DNA of 64,000 nucleotides from Candidatus Enterousia sp. (GTDB lineage Bacteria; Pseudomonadota; Alphaproteobacteria; Rs-D84): NCBI GenBank assembly GCA_045613445.1, contig JAZLAZ010000012.1, positions 7,519 to 71,518 of the forward strand, read 5' to 3'. Shown piece by piece: positions 29,249 to 39,155 of this stretch (position 1 is its first letter; each line of letters starts with the position of its first letter). The notes under the pieces were generated by a model. It saw only the letters and a program-made list of their open reading frames with translations, ran no database searches and was not told where the DNA came from. The position numbers and the translations under genes were made by a program.

Positions 29249-29848
29249 ATGAAATTCTTTGTAAACTTTTTATCAGCGTTTCGAATTTGTGCTGCATTTG
29301 CGATAATACCAACACTGATGTTAAACATGTATTGGACCACATTTGTATTATATGCACTGGGCGCAATATCAGATTGGTTTGATGGATTTTTGGCACGAAA
29401 ATACAATGTGTGCACAAAAATCGGTGGTGTGATGGATCACATTGGCGACAAATTATTAGTTGTAAACACATTTATCATGTTGACAATTATGATGCCGGTA
29501 TGGTTTGTGATTGTTCCTATTATGATTATGATTGCGCGTGAATTATATATTTCTGGATTACGCGAATTCTTGGGCACGCAAAAGATTGAAATGCCTGTTC
29601 CAAAAGCGCGTTTTTCAATGGGAAAAATAAAAACAACACTACAAATGATATCAATCGCTGCATTTTTATTGATATTTGCGATTGGCACAATTATAACACC
29701 TGAATCAGACAGTCGCGCGCTGATGTATCTAATCTACATATTACCACAAATTGGCATATGGGGGTTGTGGTTATCATTACTTGCATCAGTTTGGTCTGCA
29801 ACTCAATACACAAAAACATTTCTGGGGCACTTAAAAAAGATAAAATAA
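29249..29848 (+). CDS. pgsA: CDP-diacylglycerol--glycerol-3-phosphate 3-phosphatidyltransferase
   Basis: SDWFDGFLAR...GGVMDHIGDK and GKIKTTLQM. Confidence 0.9.
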   Translation: MKFFVNFLSAFRICAAFAIIPTLMLNMYWTTFVLYALGAISDWFDGFLARKYNVCTKIGGVMDHIGDKLLVVNTFIMLTIMMPVWFVIVPIMIMIARELYISGLREFLGTQKIEMPVPKARFSMGKIKTTLQMISIAAFLLIFAIGTIITPESDSRALMYLIYILPQIGIWGLWLSLLASVWSATQYTKTFLGHLKKIK

Positions 29849-29865
29849 AACAATATAAAACAAAC

Positions 29866-29891
29866 AAAAACCGCCGTACACGGCGGTTTTT
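29866..29891. terminator. Bidirectional intrinsic terminator
   Basis: AAAAA-CCGCCG-TACA-CGGCGG-TTTTT. Confidence 0.85.
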
Positions 29892-29898
29892 CATTTTA

Positions 29899-31029
29899 TT
29901 AAAACCAACCTTTTTTATCCGACTTTATTTCTGCAAATTCATTTAATAATTTTTTTTGTTTTTCTGATAACTTGGTTGGAATTTTTACAGCGACATCAAT
30001 ATATAAATCACCAAAACTGCCACTACGACGAACAGACGGCATACCATGTCCACGCACACGCAATTTTTCACCAACCTGTGTACCTGCAGGCACTTTTACC
30101 GCCAACTTTTTATCATCGATTGTTTCGATATCTATTTCACCACCCAGTGCCAATGTCGTAAAAGGCACATCAACACGCATAATTAAATCATTACCATTTC
30201 GTTCAAACCTTTCATCTTGACGAATTCGAACATCCAAATAAAAGTCACCCGCAGGTCCACCATTTACCCCCGCTTCGCCCTGACCTGCCAGACGCAATCT
30301 TGCACCATCTTCGATACCAGCAGGAATTTTGACATCCAATGTTCGTTGTTTATGCTGCGTTCCTGTACCATCACATTCGGAACATTTTTTACTGATTTTT
30401 CGTCCTAAACCATTACACTCTGGGCATGGTGTTTCTGTTACAAAGAACCCCTGGCGCGTTTGAACAAAACCACTACCACCGCATCGGCCACACACTGATG
30501 CTGGTCGACCATCATCAGTGCCATTTCCATGACATTTTTCACATGTTACATTGCTGGAAAATTTAACAGTATGCGTCTTACCGAAATATGCATCTTTCAA
30601 ATCAATGACCACCTCGTCCAACAAATCACGGCCACCGCGTTGTGGTGCACCGCGCTGTGGTCCGCCACCAAATCCACCGCCGAAACCAAACCCACGCATT
30701 GCTTCGCGCAAGATATCTTCCATACCGGCACCACCACCCATATCAAAATGGAATGCCCCATTGCCAAATGGGTTACCGCCAAACCCCGCACCAGACGCAT
30801 TTCCACCGGCAAACGCAGCATCACCAAACCGGTCATATGCCGCGCGCTTTTGCGGATCTTTTAAAATATCAAACGCATTATTTACTTCCTTGAACTTTTC
30901 TTCTGCATCTTTATTATCAGGGTTTCTATCTGGATGATACTTCATCACCAATTTATGATATGCTTTTTTTATATCGGCATCAGATGCATCACGCGCGACC
31001 CCAAGAACTTCATACGGATTTTTATTCAT
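29899..31029 (-). CDS. dnaJ: Chaperone DnaJ
   Basis: J domain with HPD, G/F-rich region, four CxxCxGxG repeats. Start placed at ATG 31029. Confidence 0.96.
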   Translation of the reverse strand: MNKNPYEVLGVARDASDADIKKAYHKLVMKYHPDRNPDNKDAEEKFKEVNNAFDILKDPQKRAAYDRFGDAAFAGGNASGAGFGGNPFGNGAFHFDMGGGAGMEDILREAMRGFGFGGGFGGGPQRGAPQRGGRDLLDEVVIDLKDAYFGKTHTVKFSSNVTCEKCHGNGTDDGRPASVCGRCGGSGFVQTRQGFFVTETPCPECNGLGRKISKKCSECDGTGTQHKQRTLDVKIPAGIEDGARLRLAGQGEAGVNGGPAGDFYLDVRIRQDERFERNGNDLIMRVDVPFTTLALGGEIDIETIDDKKLAVKVPAGTQVGEKLRVRGHGMPSVRRSGSFGDLYIDVAVKIPTKLSEKQKKLLNEFAEIKSDKKGWF

Positions 31030-31166
31030 TTTATATTTCCATGGTAAATTTATTGATATCAAATATATAAGACAGCAATTTGAAAAATCAAGTCTATAAA
31101 TTATTATTAGGCAGAAATTCTTTGGGCTTGCGAAAAAATTAAAAATGTTATAATAATAGTGTTGCT

Positions 31167-33146
31167 ATGATAGAGAAAAACACAAAAACATACGATGCAT
31201 CAGACATTCAGGTTCTAGAAGGCCTAGAACCCGTTCGTTTACGCCCGGGCATGTACATTGGTGGCACAGACGAAAAAGCATGGCATCATTTACCGATTGA
31301 AATTATGGACAATTCTATTGACGAAGCCGTCGCTGGCTTTGCCAAAAAGATTACTGTGAATTTAATTGATTCCAAGACCATTGAAATTGCAGACGATGGT
31401 CGTGGAATTCCTGTGGATGAACATCCAAAATACCCTGGGAAATCCGCATTAGAAGTTATTTTAACAACCCTGCATTCTGGCGGAAAATTTAATAACAATG
31501 TTTATAAAACAAGTGGTGGATTACATGGTGTTGGATCTGCAGTTGTAAACGCCCTGTCGTCGGAAATGATTGTTGATATTGCCCGTGACGGATACAACTG
31601 GCATCAAACATTTTCACGCGGTCTGCCAACCAGCTCGATGCAGCGCATGGATGTGACAAAATCGCACGGAACCAAAATTAGATTTACAATTGACGATGAA
31701 ATATTTGGCACAAATGCTGTATTTAAACCAGTAAAAATCTATCGTATGGCACGTGCCAAGGCATTTTTATCCCGCGGGATAAAAGTTGATTGGCAATGTA
31801 ATCCTGAACTGCTCACCGAAGATATGAACATACCTGCAACCAAGACATTTTATTATCCAAATGGTGTTGCAGACTTCTTGGCAGAAAAAACAGATTCCAA
31901 ACCACGAATTTTACCACGCATTTTCAGTGGCAGTGTCGATTTCCCAGATGACAGTGGTCGCGTTGAATGGGCGCTAACATTTTTAACAGACGAAAATGGT
32001 GCTGCGTCTGATGACGGATTCTTTTCATCGTATTGCAACACAATTGCAACAATTGACGGCGGAACGCACGAAACAGGCTTTAAATCCGCAATAACCAAAG
32101 GAATAAAAGCATATGGTGAAAAAGTAAACAACAAATCTGCCGCAACAATTATTGGCGAAGATGTATTTGACTCTGTTGCTGCAATCGTATCTGTTTTTTA
32201 CAAAACACCTCAATTCTTGGGACAAACTAAAGAAAAATTATCCAACCCAGAAATTGCGCGTTATACAGAAAATGCACTGCGTGATCCATGGGAAATGTTC
32301 CTGGCATCTGACCCAAAAACAGCAAACGCATTACTTGATTTTGTTATAAATTTGGCAAATGCACGCATCAAAACAAAACAAGTCAAAGATGTTGCACGAA
32401 AAACACCAACAAAACGTATTCGTATGCCTGCAAAATTGGCAGATTGTTCAAAACATGGAATCGCTGGCACAGAATTATTTATTGTCGAAGGAGAATCAGC
32501 TGGTGGCACTGCAAAGCAAGCGCGAGACCGTGCAACCCAGGCCATTATGCCATTACGCGGGAAAGTATTGAATGTTATATCAAATTCGGACGAACGTTTT
32601 GGTGCAAACAAAGAATTAAACGAACTGATTGATATTATCGGGGCCGGTACTGCCAAGGATTGGAACGAAGATAAATTGCGTTATGAAAAAATTATTGTTA
32701 TGACTGATGCTGATGTTGACGGCAGCCATATTGCTTCATTATTGATGGCATTCTTTTATCAATACATGCCACAATTGATATACGGCGGTCATCTATATTT
32801 ATCTTGTCCACCATTGTATAAATTGACATGTGGTACAGAATCAATATATGTTGATAGTGATGAAGAACTGGAAAATCTAAAATCAACAAAGTACAAGAAC
32901 AAACGCATTGAAATCTCGCGATTCAAGGGTTTGGGTGAAATGATGCCAAATCAATTAAAAGAAACAACCATGTCACCAAAAACACGCAGATTGATTCGTG
33001 TTGAATTACCACCGCGCACAGATGAAGGGGCCGAAGATACGGAAAAAACACGTACAATTGTTTCTGAATTGATGGGCAAAAAACCAGAATTTAGATTCAA
33101 GTTCATAACAGAACACGCCCAATTTGTAAAAGATTTATTCGTATAA
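31167..33146 (+). CDS. parE: DNA topoisomerase IV subunit B
   Basis: GLEPVRLRPGMYIG, LHSGGKF, EGESAGG, PLRGK, MTDADVDG, RFKGLGEM; 659 aa, no GyrB insertion. Confidence 0.9.
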   Translation: MIEKNTKTYDASDIQVLEGLEPVRLRPGMYIGGTDEKAWHHLPIEIMDNSIDEAVAGFAKKITVNLIDSKTIEIADDGRGIPVDEHPKYPGKSALEVILTTLHSGGKFNNNVYKTSGGLHGVGSAVVNALSSEMIVDIARDGYNWHQTFSRGLPTSSMQRMDVTKSHGTKIRFTIDDEIFGTNAVFKPVKIYRMARAKAFLSRGIKVDWQCNPELLTEDMNIPATKTFYYPNGVADFLAEKTDSKPRILPRIFSGSVDFPDDSGRVEWALTFLTDENGAASDDGFFSSYCNTIATIDGGTHETGFKSAITKGIKAYGEKVNNKSAATIIGEDVFDSVAAIVSVFYKTPQFLGQTKEKLSNPEIARYTENALRDPWEMFLASDPKTANALLDFVINLANARIKTKQVKDVARKTPTKRIRMPAKLADCSKHGIAGTELFIVEGESAGGTAKQARDRATQAIMPLRGKVLNVISNSDERFGANKELNELIDIIGAGTAKDWNEDKLRYEKIIVMTDADVDGSHIASLLMAFFYQYMPQLIYGGHLYLSCPPLYKLTCGTESIYVDSDEELENLKSTKYKNKRIEISRFKGLGEMMPNQLKETTMSPKTRRLIRVELPPRTDEGAEDTEKTRTIVSELMGKKPEFRFKFITEHAQFVKDLFV

Positions 33147-33247
33147 AGAAAAACGGATATTACATCCGTTTTTTATTTTCTTATACTTGACAGCAATATT
33201 TTATGTACTATATTGTTCATTCGAATAAAAAAAATGGATATATAAAA

Positions 33248-33673
33248 ATGACCAGTAAAAAAAAGAAAAATACATATACCATTGCATGTAATGAAATGAT
33301 AGATATGGGCTTATTTGCATTCAGAAAATATACTCCGATGCCATTGATAACAGTAAATGGTCAAAAACAAGTAAGTAATGCTGGGTGGATAAAATCCAAA
33401 GAATTCCCAAATCCCCATGCAAACGAAATGGCAACCGCATATAAACGAACCATTGATATAATGGGTGCAAAGATTGCAACAACAATTATTGAATATTTAG
33501 ATAAAACAACAAATATGCCTGTTATTCAATTATATCCAAATGCCCAAACATATATATTTCCACAATACAAAACTGTCAATTATAAAGAACACTTAAATCA
33601 TGCAACACGTCGTGATTTACAACACGAAATAGAAAAACGTTTGGTAATATTAAATCATATAAAATCCAAATAA
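33248..33673 (+). CDS. Hypothetical protein
   Basis: ORF downstream of a TTGACA (33187) promoter-like element. The track's start at 33203 lies inside that promoter, so ATG 33248 is preferred. Confidence 0.65.
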   Translation: MTSKKKKNTYTIACNEMIDMGLFAFRKYTPMPLITVNGQKQVSNAGWIKSKEFPNPHANEMATAYKRTIDIMGAKIATTIIEYLDKTTNMPVIQLYPNAQTYIFPQYKTVNYKEHLNHATRRDLQHEIEKRLVILNHIKSK

Positions 33674-33727
33674 AAAATCCCATAACTAATGAATTTTTTA
33701 TAAAACATATATAATTCATATACTAAC

Positions 33728-33773
33728 AAACCCGACATCGCGATGTACAAGTATTACATAAGATGTCGGGTTT
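33728..33773. other. Conserved bulged hairpin element, copy 2
   Basis: AAA-CCCGACATCGCGATGTACAAGTATTACATAAGATGTCGGG-TTT; covaries with 21618..21663. Confidence 0.75.
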
Positions 33774-33801
33774 GCTCATAAAAAATCAATATAATTTATT
33801 T

Positions 33802-35430
33802 TTAGTTTAGTGGAGCACCCCAATGTTGTTGTATAGATCTTTCTGTATCCATCGGACTAATCAACACTTGCGGTGTCAAGATAACAACCAGAACTTCACG
33901 ACTGCCTGCTGATTCGCGTGAACCAGACAATGCCATAAAGTCAGGATCGCCCAATCCATAACGGGTATCTTGGCTTTTCTGTTTTTCAAAGCCAGACACA
34001 ACCAACATCTGACCAGATTCCATAATTACTTCTTGCATAAAGCTGCGTTCTTCTACTTCTGGTAATTGCAGTGTAACCTCACCGATTGTCTGTGTTGACA
34101 TACGCAACAGTTCACGAACAGACATACGGAACAACAATAAAATCTTGCCATTTTCCAGAACATTTGGCAACAACTGCATCGTAAATCCTGTTTCCAAATC
34201 ATCCTGATCAACTGTACTTGATTCAACTGTTGTAAAGTTTCTTGATTCAAAACGTTTAATATAACCTGTGGTACGTGTATTGCTGACCGGTGCAACACGA
34301 TTTGAACGCGTTGTAACACCAACATTTGTTACCAGTGACACCTTACCTTGCTTTGCCAAGGATTGAATCAATGCATTTGAACCTGCGGCACCTGATAAAG
34401 ATCCATTCATAATATCATTTTGCGTATATGCACCTTCAACAACCGTACCGCCTTCGATGTGCGTTGCGCCAGTCAATGCAGAAACAGCATTTGATAACAC
34501 TGCGATATTCATTGAACTTGCCTCTGTCGATGCAAGGTTATTCTTTGGATTGGCCACGATATTCAATCCTGCTGTTGAATTGATAGCTGCAGCCAAATTT
34601 AATCCAAATGCAGAATCATTAGAAATTGTTACCTGCAAAACCTTTACATCAATTGTAATCAATTGAGAAAGTCTTTTATTCTGTCGTTCTATATATTCGC
34701 CCACACGCGCTAATACAGATGGGGATGCAGTAACAGTGATTGTGCCTAAACTGCGCGAAACGGTAAAGTCTGCATTATCACTTTTACCAATAATTGAAGA
34801 AATTGCACTTTCAACTTCATCCCATTCTTTTAATGTAGATTCTAATGAGACTTCATTAGAATCATCTGTTGAAACAGATGTTTGATATGCGACTTCGGTT
34901 CCAAGCGCATACAATGTAAATGTTTTTGTTTCTGTTTCATAGAACACAATTGAATTTTTATCATAGTACCACAACAGATCCAAATCAGTTGCAACCTGGG
35001 ATAACAATCCTGATAATTTACCTGTATATGCAATATTTACCTGTTTTCTCAATTTATCAGCAGAAATTTGTCCATCTATTTTCACAGGAATCCCTGTTAC
35101 AGAATAAATATCATTTGCCAAGACCTGTAATGACACAGGTTCATTTAATAATATTGTAACACCTGTATCTGTTTCAAATTTTGCAGGCAAATTATTCCGA
35201 TGTTCCAAAACGACAGATTTATTTCCCAACCAAACACCTTCGGACATAGAAACTGTATCACCACTAGCAACCTTGGCTCGTGGATTTTTTGCCATTTCAA
35301 ACGCATCATAAGCATTGATAAAATCATTATCAACAGTTGCCGCCACCTTGGCTGATTCTTTAACAGCGCACCCAGTCAATCCAACCATTAAAACTGCACA
35401 CATTGCGAATAATTTCATTGGTTTAATCAT
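33802..35430 (-). CDS. pilN: Type IVb pilus outer-membrane secretin lipoprotein (PilN/BfpB family)
   Basis: Lipobox LTGC, secretin N-domain, IDVKVLQV, ALIQSLAKQGKVSLVT, GQMLVVSGFE, LVVILTP. Confidence 0.8.
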   Translation of the reverse strand: MIKPMKLFAMCAVLMVGLTGCAVKESAKVAATVDNDFINAYDAFEMAKNPRAKVASGDTVSMSEGVWLGNKSVVLEHRNNLPAKFETDTGVTILLNEPVSLQVLANDIYSVTGIPVKIDGQISADKLRKQVNIAYTGKLSGLLSQVATDLDLLWYYDKNSIVFYETETKTFTLYALGTEVAYQTSVSTDDSNEVSLESTLKEWDEVESAISSIIGKSDNADFTVSRSLGTITVTASPSVLARVGEYIERQNKRLSQLITIDVKVLQVTISNDSAFGLNLAAAINSTAGLNIVANPKNNLASTEASSMNIAVLSNAVSALTGATHIEGGTVVEGAYTQNDIMNGSLSGAAGSNALIQSLAKQGKVSLVTNVGVTTRSNRVAPVSNTRTTGYIKRFESRNFTTVESSTVDQDDLETGFTMQLLPNVLENGKILLLFRMSVRELLRMSTQTIGEVTLQLPEVEERSFMQEVIMESGQMLVVSGFEKQKSQDTRYGLGDPDFMALSGSRESAGSREVLVVILTPQVLISPMDTERSIQQHWGAPLN

Positions 35431-35464
35431 ATCTATATTCTCCTACGGCAAGCATACTTTTCTA

Positions 35465-36385
35465 TTATTCTTCTGTTGTTGTAATCAACAAAACCCTGTT
35501 ACCTTTATAAAATTTGGCATATGGAATTGGTGTCGCACGACCAAAGTTACGAACCAAGGCGGATGCAACATCAACAAAACGTCCCTTGAAAACCGCGCTA
35601 GCCTCGATTGGATATTCACGCGATGTTGCCCAAACCAAATCCCAACCTTCTTTATTACACCAGTTTTGTAAAACTTCACGCAAAGTCTGACCATTTGCAA
35701 CAACCCATGAACGAACCTGATCTGTCATAACAACAGGCGCTTCGGCATCAGCAGATTCTGCAACAGTAATTTCAGTTTCTTCTTCGACAACCTCTACATC
35801 ATCACTTACACTTTCAACCTTCATACCCATTTTAACAGCAAAGGCATCATAATTATCTGCATATCTACCACAATTTTTGCGTCCACTGCGCGAAACAGTC
35901 AAAACATTACCGCCATCATCTTCTAAAACTTCACGATGCAACAACGGCATTTCTGATTCATCATTGCATTCATCTGCAAACCCAACAGGAATTTGCGTAC
36001 CATGCAACATATTTGCACCGCCAGACCATTCGTCACCACGCACACCTAAATTAAAGTTATTTTCAACAACCAAGTCTGTACCTATTTTTGAAACGATACG
36101 AATATTATCACTCTGTTTTTTCTTGGAACATACACCCATTTCACAAGAAACTTCGACATCCGCATCTGATCCAACCAATGGCCACGCAGGAACTTCCTTG
36201 TATGTTTCATAACTTTCAACAACATCATATGTCGTTGTATCAATCTGTTCCCATTGACCTTCATCAACAATTTTTTCTTGTTCATAAAAGACTTCCGATG
36301 TGACAACCTGAGGCAAATTTTCAGCAGCAAAGCAATAGCCCGCAGCCGTTGCAAACATTGCACAAATTAAAATTTTGCGAAACAT
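35465..36385 (-). CDS. Secreted protein with C-terminal TcpQ-like domain
   Basis: Signal peptide; C-terminal WVVANGQTLREVLQNWCNKEGWDLVW...YPIEASAVFKGRF; directly upstream of the secretin. Confidence 0.75.
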   Translation of the reverse strand: MFRKILICAMFATAAGYCFAAENLPQVVTSEVFYEQEKIVDEGQWEQIDTTTYDVVESYETYKEVPAWPLVGSDADVEVSCEMGVCSKKKQSDNIRIVSKIGTDLVVENNFNLGVRGDEWSGGANMLHGTQIPVGFADECNDESEMPLLHREVLEDDGGNVLTVSRSGRKNCGRYADNYDAFAVKMGMKVESVSDDVEVVEEETEITVAESADAEAPVVMTDQVRSWVVANGQTLREVLQNWCNKEGWDLVWATSREYPIEASAVFKGRFVDVASALVRNFGRATPIPYAKFYKGNRVLLITTTEE

Positions 36386-36568
36386 ACTAAAACTTCCTTT
36401 CCCTGTTATATTCCTTTTAATTGTTTATTATTATAACAATTTGACCGAATCTGTGCAAGACCTAAAACACACTAAATACAACTAAACACAGATAATTGAA
36501 TATAAAATCGCGCGAATCGCAAAAAGATGTTATACTAAATTGAAAAAATAACTTTTGGGGGTAATTAT

Positions 36569-37111
36569 ATGCAAAACATACTTGTATTTATCGCACTTGG
36601 GACAATATTAGCACTGATAATTGGCATTGTCATATACGCACACAAAATGAATACCAGAATCACAGGCATTACAAAAACACTGGAACATCAGTATAATCTG
36701 ATTGTAAAAATACAATCTGTATTAAAAACAAAATACGCAACCAATGCTGTTGCAGAAAACGCAGAAATGATTTACCAAGATTTATTACAAAATCTAATTC
36801 CAATAATGGCGGCCATTGACATCATGCCCCGTAACACTTCGGAACATCCTTTATGGCGTGCGCTTGGTGGCATAATGGACGAATACGCAAAAAATCCATT
36901 TACATTGGAAAAGTTGCGTCGCTGTATAAAACTAGATTCCGAAGTTGCACGCAACATTGATAATTATACACATCGCGCAGACACCTTCTTGCATCATTTG
37001 ACAATAACCGAACCAGACGGATTATTGGCCAATACATTCACAGACGGTCTGCTGGGACAATCACTAACATTTTTTGCCCAGGCAAAACAACTTGCCAATC
37101 AATCCAACTAA
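36569..37111 (+). CDS. Hypothetical membrane-anchored helical protein
   Basis: N-terminal TM, 180 aa, 6 nt upstream of sufB. Confidence 0.7.
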   Translation: MQNILVFIALGTILALIIGIVIYAHKMNTRITGITKTLEHQYNLIVKIQSVLKTKYATNAVAENAEMIYQDLLQNLIPIMAAIDIMPRNTSEHPLWRALGGIMDEYAKNPFTLEKLRRCIKLDSEVARNIDNYTHRADTFLHHLTITEPDGLLANTFTDGLLGQSLTFFAQAKQLANQSN

Positions 37112-37117
37112 ACACAT

Positions 37118-38446
37118 ATGGTAAAACTATCAGAAAATCTTATTCGTAAAATATCAGCGAACCGAGATGAACCAGACTGGTTATTGCAATGGCGTTTAAC
37201 CGCATATCGGGCGTGGACAAAAATGTCTGAGCCACACTGGGCAGAAATAGAATACGCACCAATTGATTACAATTCATTAAATTACTATAACGAACCTAAA
37301 CCCATTGATAATTCAGACCTATCTGAAATATATGATAAAATGGGATTACCAGACAGCGAAAAGAAAGCACTGCTTGGAATGGCCACGGATACAGTTATTG
37401 ACAGTCGTTCTGTGCACACATCATATACAGCAGAGCTAAAAAAACATGGTATAATATTTTTACCTTTTTCAGACGCAGTAAAACAACACCCGGAATTGGT
37501 CAAAAAATATTTAGGCACAGTCGTTCCACAAACAGACAACTTTTTTGCCGCATTAAATGCAGCCGTTTTTTCAGACGGAACATTTGTATATATTCCACCG
37601 CACACAAAATGTCCAATTGATTTGGCCAGTTTTTTCAGAATTGAAACCGCAAAAATCGGACAATTTGAACGAACACTTATAATTGCAGACACCGGATCTG
37701 AATTATCATACATGGAAGGTTGCAGTGCCCCACGCAGAACGAACCATCAATTACACAGTGGCGTTGTCGAAATTATCGTTCATGATGACGCAACCGTTAA
37801 ATATGCAACTGTACAAAATTGGTTTGCCGGCACATTTGACGGCAAAAATAATACAGGTGGCATATTAAACTTTGTAACAAAACGCGGACGATGTGACAAA
37901 AACGCCAAACTGTTATGGACCCAGGTCGAAGTCGGATCAGCCTTGACATGGAAATACCCATCCACGATACTGATGGGCGACAAATCATTCAGCGATTTTT
38001 ATTCATTGTCTATTACCCGCGGTGCACAGATGGCGGACACAGGCACAAAAATGATTCACATTGGAAACAACAGTACATCAAATATTGTATCATATGGTGT
38101 TGCATCTGATATATCAAAACAAACATTTCGCAGTTTGGTATCTTTTTCAGGCAACGATTGTACAAACGCATCAAAATGCGACAGCAAACTGATTGGCGAT
38201 ACAGCAGTTGCAAATACCCTGCCCCGCATAATTCACAACGGTTCAGGCAACAAACAATCACACGAAGCATCAACAGGAACAATTGATGCAACAACATTAA
38301 ACTATTTAAACATGGCAGGCATCGAAACAGATACAGCAATCGCATTGATAATCGGCGCAACTGCAACACCTGTATTGAACAGACTGCCAATGGAATTTTT
38401 AGTTGAATCGAAACAGCTAATACAAATGGCATTATCAAAGGAATAA
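37118..38446 (+). CDS. sufB: Fe-S cluster assembly protein SufB
   Basis: EPDWLLQWRL, FAALNAAVFSDG, GQFERTLI, YMEGCSAP, LHSGVVE, WKYPS, DTGTKMIH, KCDS, HEAS. Confidence 0.92.
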   Translation: MVKLSENLIRKISANRDEPDWLLQWRLTAYRAWTKMSEPHWAEIEYAPIDYNSLNYYNEPKPIDNSDLSEIYDKMGLPDSEKKALLGMATDTVIDSRSVHTSYTAELKKHGIIFLPFSDAVKQHPELVKKYLGTVVPQTDNFFAALNAAVFSDGTFVYIPPHTKCPIDLASFFRIETAKIGQFERTLIIADTGSELSYMEGCSAPRRTNHQLHSGVVEIIVHDDATVKYATVQNWFAGTFDGKNNTGGILNFVTKRGRCDKNAKLLWTQVEVGSALTWKYPSTILMGDKSFSDFYSLSITRGAQMADTGTKMIHIGNNSTSNIVSYGVASDISKQTFRSLVSFSGNDCTNASKCDSKLIGDTAVANTLPRIIHNGSGNKQSHEASTGTIDATTLNYLNMAGIETDTAIALIIGATATPVLNRLPMEFLVESKQLIQMALSKE

Positions 38447-38449
38447 AAA

Positions 38450-39127
38450 ATGCTTAAAATAGAAAATCTGACAGTTACCTTATCGGATCGCGAATTACTG
38501 CATGATATATCATTACAAATAGATACCGGTGCACGCGTCTTATTGTCTGGGCATAACGGATCAGGAAAGTCAACCTTAGCGAACACAATCGTAGGGAATC
38601 CGTCGTATACAATAAAATCCGGCAACATTATTTTTAACAACACAGACATAACAAAAGAAAACACAACAACGCGTGCATTGATGGGAATATTTCTAGGATC
38701 ACAGCATGTACCAGAAATTCCAGGTTTAAGTATTCTAAGTTTTTTGAAACACTCGTGCATTGCACACACGCATTTTCAATCTGGCCAAGATTTATCAATG
38801 GGCGAATTCCTTGAAAAACTAGAATCTGCCCGCGCACAATTAAACATTCCACAGCAATGGTTAAATCGCAGTATAAATGTTGGGTTTTCAGGTGGCGAAC
38901 GAAAAAAGATAATGTTATTACAACTGATAATGACGCAACCAAAATTTGCCATTTTAGACGAACCCGATTCCGGTGCGGACACACAAACACAACAGTTGAT
39001 TGCAGACACAATAAAGTCTATGCCTAACACAACATTCTTATTTATCAGTCATCAACAATCTTTTACAGATTTAATATCACCAACAAACACAATTACTTTA
39101 TCTAATGGTCAAATTATGATACAATAA
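38450..39127 (+). CDS. sufC: Fe-S cluster assembly ATPase SufC
   Basis: GHNGSGKST, NVGFSGGERKK, LDEPDSG. Confidence 0.9.
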   Translation: MLKIENLTVTLSDRELLHDISLQIDTGARVLLSGHNGSGKSTLANTIVGNPSYTIKSGNIIFNNTDITKENTTTRALMGIFLGSQHVPEIPGLSILSFLKHSCIAHTHFQSGQDLSMGEFLEKLESARAQLNIPQQWLNRSINVGFSGGERKKIMLLQLIMTQPKFAILDEPDSGADTQTQQLIADTIKSMPNTTFLFISHQQSFTDLISPTNTITLSNGQIMIQ

Positions 39128-39155
39128 CTGATATATACGACAAGGGGGAAACAAA

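Noticed and set aside
21618-33773. The two 40-nt hairpins as a dif site, integron attC sites or CRISPR repeats
   Set aside because: There is no 11-6-11 XerC/XerD arrangement, no RYYYAAC...GTTRRRY ends, and only two copies 12 kb apart with no spacers or cas genes.
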